From a bacterium (GTDB lineage Bacteria > Arandabacterota > Arandabacteria > Arandabacterales > JALGWA01): a stretch of DNA of 20,502 nucleotides. A model generated the notes under the pieces. The model had not been told where the DNA came from. It did not search any database and worked only from the letters and a program-made list of their open reading frames with translations. The position numbers and the translations under genes are program-made. Location of the stretch: assembly GCA_050125095.1 (NCBI GenBank), contig JASFEA010000044.1, forward strand, positions 1 through 20,502, in the 5' to 3' direction. Shown here in pieces: positions 7,309 to 17,774 of this stretch. The stretch's first letter is position 1, and every line of letters starts with the position of its first letter.

Positions 7309-8565
7309 TTGAGTTCAGACATCGCGAAGGAAGTTGAGCATCAGCTCGACATCATAAGGCGGGGCACCACTGAGATAATCTCCGAAGAAGAGCTCGCCGC
7401 CAAGATCAAGAAGTCTTTAGAGACGGGAAAGCCCCTGAGAGTCAAGCAGGGCTTCGACCCCACCGCGCCCGACATTCACCTGGGCCATGCGGTGGGAATA
7501 CGCAAGCTCCGCGACTTCCAGAACCTGGGCCACACGGTGGTCCTCATAATCGGCGACTACACGGCCCTCATAGGAGACCCCAGCGGCAGGAGCAAGACCC
7601 GCCCGCGCCTCTCCGAAGAAGAGGTTAAGCAAAACGCCAGGACTTACCTCGAGCAGTTCTCACGCATCGTGGATGCGGAGAAGTCCGAGATCCGCCATAA
7701 CGGCGAGTGGTTCAGTAAGATGACTTTCCTCGACTGCCTCAACCTCACGGGGCTCACCACGGTGGCCCGCATCTTAGAGCGCGACGACTTCGAGAAGCGC
7801 TTCAAGGACCAGGCGCCCATCGGCCTTCACGAGCTCATGTATCCCATCATGCAGGCCTACGACTCGGTCGCCATCGAGGCCGACGTCGAGCTCGGCGGCA
7901 CCGAGCAGAAGTTCAATCTGCTCCTCGGACGGCAGATGCAGCAGAGCCGCGGCCAGGAGCCGCAGGTCGCCGTCACGGTGGCCATCTTAGAGGGCATATC
8001 GGGCAAAGACCGCATGTCCAAGTCGCTGGGGAATTACATCGGCATAACCGACGAGCCGGTGGACATGTACGGCAAGGTCATGTCCATACCGGACGACCTC
8101 ATTCTTCACTATTTCGAGCTCGCCACCGAGATAGACGGGGCCGGTCTCGGCGAAGTCGAGAAAGCTCTCAAGGCGGGGGTGGAGAACCCGAAGAACATTA
8201 AGGCCCGCCTGGCCAGCGAGATCGTGCGCATTTATCACGGCCAGAGCGCCGCCGAGACTGCCGCGCTCGAGTTTGAAAAACGCTTCGGCAAACTCAGGGG
8301 CACGACCGACCTCGATCAGGTCGAGGAAGTCACGCTCGAGGTTGCCGGGGACAAGATATGGATCGTGAACCTCCTCCGGGAGACCGGCCTGGCCAGGAGC
8401 GGGGGGGAAGCCCGCCGCAAGATAAAAGCGGGCGCGGTGAGGATAGACCAGGAGAAGGTCACGGACGTGGATTTGGAGGTTCCCGTGGGGGCCGGAGAGC
8501 CCCTGCTTCTGAGCCTCGGCAGGGAATTTAAGAAAATTCTGTTAAAAAAGGCAAATAGGCCTTGA
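7309..8565 (+). CDS. tyrS: Tyrosine--tRNA ligase with C-terminal S4 domain
   Basis: GFDPTAPDIHLGH (HIGH), IGDPSG, YPIMQAYD, GGTEQKFN, RMSKS (KMSKS), S4-like SGGEARRKIKAGAVRID. Start reassigned to TTG 7309 behind the SD and promoter. Confidence 0.95.
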   Translation: MSSDIAKEVEHQLDIIRRGTTEIISEEELAAKIKKSLETGKPLRVKQGFDPTAPDIHLGHAVGIRKLRDFQNLGHTVVLIIGDYTALIGDPSGRSKTRPRLSEEEVKQNARTYLEQFSRIVDAEKSEIRHNGEWFSKMTFLDCLNLTGLTTVARILERDDFEKRFKDQAPIGLHELMYPIMQAYDSVAIEADVELGGTEQKFNLLLGRQMQQSRGQEPQVAVTVAILEGISGKDRMSKSLGNYIGITDEPVDMYGKVMSIPDDLILHYFELATEIDGAGLGEVEKALKAGVENPKNIKARLASEIVRIYHGQSAAETAALEFEKRFGKLRGTTDLDQVEEVTLEVAGDKIWIVNLLRETGLARSGGEARRKIKAGAVRIDQEKVTDVDLEVPVGAGEPLLLSLGREFKKILLKKANRP

Positions 8566-8590
8566 CAGGCTGCCGCGCCGGTGCTACATT
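8562..8590 (+). promoter_or_regulatory. rrn promoter P1
   Basis: TTGACA, 17 bp spacer, TGcTACATT; A-rich UP-like tract upstream inside the tyrS 3' end. Confidence 0.75.
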
Positions 8591-8636
8591 ATGAGCCGGA
8601 CGTGACAGTCCTAAGTATAGTCAATTAAGAAAGTTC

Positions 8637-8665
8637 TTGACATATACCGGGGTTTTACTTAGTCT
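8637..8665 (+). promoter_or_regulatory. rrn promoter P2
   Basis: TTGACA, 17 bp spacer, TAGTCT, with AT-rich upstream sequence. Confidence 0.7.
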
Positions 8666-8707
8666 ACGTCGGCTTAAGGGGTAGTGTCACCCTTCTCTAT
8701 ATCCAGA

Positions 8708-8719
8708 GCTCTTTGAAAA
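8708..8719 (+). promoter_or_regulatory. rrn leader boxA antitermination site
   Basis: GCTCTTTGAAAA, close to the boxA consensus, preceded by a small hairpin. Confidence 0.75.
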
Positions 8720-8807
8720 AAGAATAGCGCACATAGGCCTGCTTTGTGTAAGAGTCCTTGTCAAATTAGTAAAGAGCGGTCCTTCGGGACTGTTCGAAGA
8801 TATTCCG

Positions 8808-10392
<1,585 letters not shown>

Positions 10393-10486
10393 AGTAGTGG
10401 TATTACCACTCACTTCCAGGTCGATACTCTTACCGAGCGACCTGTGTGCGCTATCTAAGTATAACTGGTGGGTTCAAAACCCAGCG

Positions 10487-10563
<77 letters not shown>

Positions 10564-10613
10564 GCAAAGGGAGAGTTTGCTCCAGCTGGCGGCTCTCTTT
10601 TTGATGCGCTTTC

Positions 10614-10689
10614 GGGGATATAGCTCAATTGGGAGAGCGCCGGCTTTGCAAGCCGGAGGTTACCGGTTCGATCCCGGTTATCTCCACCA
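10614..10689 (+). tRNA. tRNA-Ala (TGC)
   Basis: Acceptor stem GGGGATA/TATCTCC with G3:U70, anticodon loop TTTGCAA, encoded CCA; 76 nt. Confidence 0.98.
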
Positions 10690-10734
10690 GAATACAAGCG
10701 ACTTCAGCCGGCCCATGCCGGTCGGAGATAAATC

Positions 10735-10746
10735 GCTCTTTGACAA
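10735..10746 (+). promoter_or_regulatory. Spacer boxA antitermination site
   Basis: GCTCTTTGACAA after the hairpin CCGGC-CCAT-GCCGG; runs into the 5' arm of the 23S processing stem (10741-10774, complementary to 13918-13954). Confidence 0.75.
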
Positions 10747-10820
10747 CTGCATAGGGGATAAAGAAGCAAGCATCTTTAGAACGCTAGTAGGATTACGATC
10801 TACGCTAGCTTAGGTATTTT

Positions 10821-13891
<3,071 letters not shown>

Positions 13892-14055
13892 TTGCAATCA
13901 TTGCAGTGTTACTATTTGATGCTTGTGATCTTTATCCCCTTTTTGCAGTTGTCATGATAAATAGCCTGGTGTGGGGTGGGGATGATACTCAGTTCTTGCG
14001 GATTCGGTCTGTGTTCTGAGCGCCCGAACTCGTACCAGGCGACTAAATAGCCGGA

Positions 14056-14094
14056 GGGGTCTGGCTACCGAGCGTAGCGAGCGTGCCTGACCCC
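14056..14094. repeat. REP-like imperfect palindrome in the 23S-5S spacer
   Basis: GGGGTCTGGC...GCCTGACCCC, with the same GGGGTC/GACCCC termini as the 6796-7250 repeats. Confidence 0.65.
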
Positions 14095-14107
14095 AAGGCA
14101 TCAGAAG

Positions 14108-14224
14108 TTCCGGTGGTAATGGCGGAGGGGCCACACCCGTTCCCATTTCGAACACGAAGGTTAAGCCCTCCAGCGCCGATGGTACTGCATGGGAGACTGT
14201 GTGGGAGAGTAGGACGCCACCGGG
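14108..14224 (+). rRNA. rrf: 5S ribosomal RNA (intact)
   Basis: Helix I TCCGGTGG/CCACCGGG, CCCATTTCGAAC loop C region, GCCGATGGTACT, GGGAGAGTAGG; followed by T6. Confidence 0.98.
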
Positions 14225-14305
14225 CTTTTTTATGCCCATCCTGGCGGCCCCCTGTTTGGGCCATGTGTGCAGGAATACCCCGCCCCTGGTGTCAATATAA
14301 AGAGC

Positions 14306-14358
14306 TTGACACGACTGACAGTCATTGCATAGTATGTCCACGAAACGTGGACATACTA
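14306..14358 (+). promoter_or_regulatory. Promoter and palindromic operator of the abiE operon
   Basis: TTGACA (14306-14311), 18 bp spacer, TAGTAT; perfect inverted repeat TAGTATGTCCACG-AAA-CGTGGACATACTA (14330-14358) covering the -10 and start site. Confidence 0.7.
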
Positions 14359-14381
14359 GCTTCTAAATAGACGGGGTGTAA

Positions 14382-15035
14382 ATGGACGAAGCCACACGCA
14401 TACGACGGGAAATGGCAGGGGAGATCTTCGACTACCAGGCCCTGACCTCAGCTCTGTCTGACTACAGCAAGCCCCGTGACAAGATCACGAGGTTGCTTGC
14501 GAGCGGTGCCATCGTCCGGATCAAGAAGGGTCTGTACTGCTTCGGGGAGAGCTTGCGCAAGGGGCCGCTCAGCCGTGAGCAGATTGCCAATCTTATATAT
14601 GGCCCGTCCTATGTCAGCCTTGACTATGCTCTCAGCTATCATGGCATGATTCCCGAGCGGGTCGAGGTGGTTACGTCTGTGACGACGCGCCGCTCCCGCA
14701 CCTTCACGACACCCGTTGGATCCTTCTCTTACCGCACGCTCCAGGAAGCCAGGTATTCGACGGGCGCAATCCTGGAATCCGGGGGCAACACCGCATTTCT
14801 GGTCGCGACTCCGGAGAAGGCGCTCATAGACAGGGTATGGACGGACAGGCGGTTCAGCGGCGGGCGCGTGGCCGATTTCGAGGCGTATCTGCTGGACGAT
14901 CTCAGGATCGATGAGGAAGCGCTCAGCCGGCTCGACGAGTCCCGCCTTCAGTCCATCGCGTTTGCCTACGGTTCGGCCAAGGTCAACAGACTTGTGCGCT
15001 ACCTCAGGGGCCGGGAGGGGGCTTCTCATGCATGA
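14382..15035 (+). CDS. Type IV TA antitoxin, AbiEi-like transcriptional regulator
   Basis: Winged-helix IVRIKKGLY, then PSYVSLDYALSYHGMIPE, TSVT and ATPEKALID; overlaps the toxin start (ATGCATGA). Confidence 0.88.
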   Translation: MDEATRIRREMAGEIFDYQALTSALSDYSKPRDKITRLLASGAIVRIKKGLYCFGESLRKGPLSREQIANLIYGPSYVSLDYALSYHGMIPERVEVVTSVTTRRSRTFTTPVGSFSYRTLQEARYSTGAILESGGNTAFLVATPEKALIDRVWTDRRFSGGRVADFEAYLLDDLRIDEEALSRLDESRLQSIAFAYGSAKVNRLVRYLRGREGASHA

Positions 15036-15894
15036 GGCTATACGCAATATGCTGGACCGCTACGAGTGCCGTACGCGGGATGACTACACCAACGCGCTCA
15101 GGGAGATCCTTCAGGATGTCGCCCTGCTCGGCCTCTGGCGCAGCAAGTTCTTCGAGCACGCGGCCTTCTATGGCGGCACCGCCCTCAGGCTCCTCCATGG
15201 ATCGGAAAGGTACTCCGAAGATATCGACTTCTCGCTTCTTCAGGCTGACGACTCATTCTCCCTGGGGACCTATGGAGATGCCCTGCTTCGGGAGATAAGC
15301 AGCTTCGGTTTCGACGTTGATTTCGAGGCTCGAAAGAGTGAGCGAACCGGGGCCATTGAGTCAGCCTTCCTGAAGGCCAGCACATACAGACAACTGGTCG
15401 TAATCGGTGTTACAGAAGAACTGCTGCATGATCTCCATCCTGCTAAGAACCTCAAGATCAAGATCGAAGTCGATACCGATCCGCCAGGCGGCTTCCAAAC
15501 GGAGACGCGATATGTTCTGCAGCCTGTTCCCTTTTCAGTCCGCACATATACGCTGCCCGATCTCTTCGCAGGCAAGCTCCATGCAGTCCTGTGTCGCAGG
15601 TGGAAGACCCGGGTGAAGGGCCGGGACTGGTATGACATGGTCTGGTATGCCGCCAACCATCCGGAGGTCCGTCTTGCGCATCTTGAGGCCAGAATGAGGC
15701 AATCAGGCGACTACACGGATGACGGGCCGCTTGATGCCGAGACCATGAGGGCGATGCTGCACACGGCCCTGGAGGACCTGGATGTCGATGAGGCCCGCCG
15801 TGAGGTTGCACCCTTTATCAGAGATCAGAGAGCTCTGGATCTGTGGTCCATTGAGTTCTTCGCGGAGATTATCGGGCGCATCGATACGATATGA
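15028..15894 (+). CDS. Type IV TA toxin, AbiEii/DUF1814 nucleotidyltransferase
   Basis: FYGGTAL, RYSEDIDF, KIEVD, AGKLHA, RDWYD; start reassigned to ATG 15028, coupled to the antitoxin stop; 288 aa. Confidence 0.9.
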   Translation: MHEAIRNMLDRYECRTRDDYTNALREILQDVALLGLWRSKFFEHAAFYGGTALRLLHGSERYSEDIDFSLLQADDSFSLGTYGDALLREISSFGFDVDFEARKSERTGAIESAFLKASTYRQLVVIGVTEELLHDLHPAKNLKIKIEVDTDPPGGFQTETRYVLQPVPFSVRTYTLPDLFAGKLHAVLCRRWKTRVKGRDWYDMVWYAANHPEVRLAHLEARMRQSGDYTDDGPLDAETMRAMLHTALEDLDVDEARREVAPFIRDQRALDLWSIEFFAEIIGRIDTI

Positions 15895-15902
15895 ACGGGC
15901 TC

Positions 15903-15988
15903 GATGTTTGTTCGCTTTATCCCCTTTTTGCAGTTGTCTAACGAAATAGCCTGGTGTGGGGTGGATGTTACTCAGTTCTTGCGGATTC
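15903..15988 (+). repeat. Diverged copy of the proximal 23S-5S spacer (13918-14005)
   Basis: CTTTATCCCCTTTTTGCAGTTGTC is identical at 13930-13953 and 15915-15938; AAATAGCCTGGTGTGGGGTGG and TACTCAGTTCTTGCGGATTC are also shared. Confidence 0.92.
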
Positions 15989-16071
15989 CGAACACGCAGG
16001 TTAAGCCCTCCAGCGCCGATGGTACTGCATGGTGGACTGTATGGGAGAGTAGGACGCCACCGGGCTTTTTT
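15989..16071 (+). pseudogene. 5'-truncated 5S rRNA copy 2
   Basis: 15989-16065 matches 14149-14225 with 4 mismatches in 77 nt, then T6. Confidence 0.93.
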
Positions 16072-16082
16072 CATGGCTTCGC

Positions 16083-16850
16083 CTACGGCGGGTCCAATGG
16101 CTCCAGGAAGAGCATAAAGGAATCAATCCCTGTCGGGCCGAACACGATCGGTGTGATTAGGGAATCTGGTTTGTGTCCTTCCATCTCAAGTCGGACAACG
16201 TGGTTATTCCACCACTCCGCAATATGCAGGGTTGCGCTTGTGGTCTTGCCCGTATGCTTTCCGTCGAATACTACCGCTGCACCGCTAGGTCTCGAGAGGA
16301 TACGAGTAACATAGACTGGACGGCCTCCGTACGCGTGAATCCTTCCCGCGAAGCGACTCAGCTTGATGTGACATGAATCGCTTCCGAGTGTAGGGAAGTC
16401 AATCGTAAGTAGGCCCTTGGAGAGTGAGTCCCCGGTCGGGGCTATCCAGGCTGCTCTTTCCTCCACTTCCCAGTGCTGGCAATGTCCAGTGGAGTCATGA
16501 CAGATGGCACTTCTTTTCCGTAGCGGAGCGATGTAACCAATCGTCGAGCCCCAGTGGACATCCTCCGGTATGCCGTTGGCGGTCAGGAACCTGAAGACCA
16601 TCTCAGTGGTGTCAAGCAAAGCCGGCTCCAGGTAGTCGAAGTGGGTGATTCTGACTACGTAGGGTATATTTTGGGCCTCACACGGGTGCGGATCGACGCA
16701 GCCATCGTCTGTACACGATACCAGTAACGCAACGAGGCCATGCACGAGAAACAGAGCGATCAGGAACCTAGGGGTCGTCGAGTCCCCTCTGCGTCTTCTT
16801 CCACCAGTTGCAGCTGAATCATTCGACCTCAAGGTCATTGAAGTCTCCAT
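16083..16850 (-). CDS. Hypothetical lipoprotein with C-terminal PEGA-like domain (start uncertain: 16871, 16850 or 16838)
   Basis: Basic N-region, hydrophobic stretch and lipobox LVSC; C-terminal SRPSGAAVVFDGKHTGKTT...VVRLEMEGH resembles PEGA; ORF fills the space between two repeats. Confidence 0.65.
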   Translation of the reverse strand: METSMTLRSNDSAATGGRRRRGDSTTPRFLIALFLVHGLVALLVSCTDDGCVDPHPCEAQNIPYVVRITHFDYLEPALLDTTEMVFRFLTANGIPEDVHWGSTIGYIAPLRKRSAICHDSTGHCQHWEVEERAAWIAPTGDSLSKGLLTIDFPTLGSDSCHIKLSRFAGRIHAYGGRPVYVTRILSRPSGAAVVFDGKHTGKTTSATLHIAEWWNNHVVRLEMEGHKPDSLITPIVFGPTGIDSFMLFLEPLDPP

Positions 16851-16902
16851 TCTCGACAGCCGCGATCCCACTCAGATCATGAGTATACATGTTCCCGCTT
16901 TG

Positions 16903-16934
16903 GTGGGAGAGTAGGACGCCACCGGGCTTTTTTT
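16903..16934 (+). pseudogene. 5'-truncated 5S rRNA copy 3 (3' end only)
   Basis: GTGGGAGAGTAGGACGCCACCGGGC is identical to 14201-14225, then T7. Confidence 0.9.
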
Positions 16935-16948
16935 GTGCTCTCGAAATA

Positions 16949-16983
16949 AACGTCTTGACGTTATGACGTTATAATGCTATCAT
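16949..16983 (+). promoter_or_regulatory. Promoter/operator of the RHH-RelE operon, probably leaderless
   Basis: TTGACG (16955-16960), 17 bp spacer, TGcTATCAT (-10 at 16978-16983); palindrome AACGTC-TT-GACGTT and tandem TGACGTTA repeats; ATG follows 6 nt after the -10. Confidence 0.65.
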
Positions 16984-16989
16984 ATCGCC

Positions 16990-17223
16990 ATGAATGACCA
17001 GAACAAAAGAGCCACAGTCTACTTCGACCCTGATCTCCACATGGCTCTGCGCCTCAAGGCCGCTGAAACGGACAAGTCAATTTCCGAGTTGGTGAACGAA
17101 GCGGTCAGAAACGCCCTGGCGGAGGACGCCGAGGACCTTGAAGCGTTTGCCGATCGGGTCAAGGAGCCGACGCTTCCTTTCGAGGATCTCGTGAAGGACC
17201 TTAAGCGCCGTGGCAAGATATAG
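16990..17223 (+). CDS. Ribbon-helix-helix (CopG-like) antitoxin
   Basis: KRATVYF strand plus two helices (LHMALRLKAA, SISELVNEAVR), acidic C-terminal half; directly upstream of and overlapping a RelE gene. Confidence 0.85.
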   Translation: MNDQNKRATVYFDPDLHMALRLKAAETDKSISELVNEAVRNALAEDAEDLEAFADRVKEPTLPFEDLVKDLKRRGKI

Positions 17224-17473
17224 GATCGTCATCAAGGCGTCGGCTGCTAGAGAGATCGAGGAGATCAGTTCCCGCGGGGACCGACGACGCGTAGTAGACC
17301 GGATAGCGGCCCTCGCCGAAGATCCCCGTCCCCGGGGATGTGAGAAGCTCTCTGGCCGGGACATATACCGGATACGCCAAGGCCCCTACCGCATTCTCTA
17401 TTCGCTCCAGGATGAGCAGCTTGTAGTACACGTGGTCAAAGTCGGCCACCGACGGGATGTCTACAAGGGCTGA
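17210..17473 (+). CDS. Type II TA toxin, RelE/ParE family
   Basis: YRIVIKASA, DPRPRGCEKLSG, YRIRQGPYRILY, VVKVGHRRDVY; basic, 87 aa. Confidence 0.92.
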   Translation: MARYRIVIKASAAREIEEISSRGDRRRVVDRIAALAEDPRPRGCEKLSGRDIYRIRQGPYRILYSLQDEQLVVHVVKVGHRRDVYKG

Positions 17474-17521
17474 CGCTGTTGAGTGGGGCAAGACCTGGCC
17501 AGGCTCGTCCGCTTGTCTGCG

Positions 17522-17590
17522 GCACCGATGGTACTCAATGGGAGACCGTGTGGGAGAGTAGGACGCCACCGGGCTTTTTTTATGCCCATC
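17522..17590 (+). pseudogene. 5'-truncated 5S rRNA copy 4 plus native downstream flank
   Basis: 17522-17574 matches 14173-14225 with 4 mismatches in 53 nt, then the T-run and ATGCCCATC as after the intact gene. Confidence 0.92.
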
Positions 17591-17633
17591 TGCGACTGCC
17601 CCAGAAGCCCAGAACTCTGTGGGCCTTCGGGGG

Positions 17634-17662
17634 TTGACACAAGTCAGCGGTAGGTATAGACT
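17634..17662 (+). promoter_or_regulatory. Putative sigma70 promoter for the MalT-like regulator
   Basis: TTGACA, 17 bp spacer, TAGACT. Confidence 0.65.
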
Positions 17663-17774
17663 CATCAAAAAGTCCCTCAGAAAACCGGGGCTGCGGGACG
17701 CTCGGTAGCCCGGGAGCTGTGCTGGCCTACTGCCCGCTCAGGGCGCTTTTGTCAGATACACGGACGGGGGATCA

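Noticed and set aside
14911-15027. Longer start for the AbiEii toxin
   Set aside because: It overlaps the antitoxin by 125 bp; ATG 15028 gives the usual coupled overlap and family-like N-terminus.
14202-17580. CRISPR array or classical integron interpretation of the 30-bp repeats
   Set aside because: The spacers are 0.6-1.8 kb gene-bearing units and the repeat is 5S sequence; I saw no cas genes, intI or attC-type palindromes.
15703-17668. ORFs 15703-16074, 15904-16314 and 17201-17668, which share peptides with ORFs at 13952-14370
   Set aside because: The similarity comes from translating the 5S and spacer repeats; they are not a protein family.
17669-17774. c-di-GMP-I riboswitch in the malT-like leader
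   Set aside because: AAACC, GGGACGC and GGTAGCC fragments are present, but the GNRA loop, GCAAAG junction and P2 receptor are missing.
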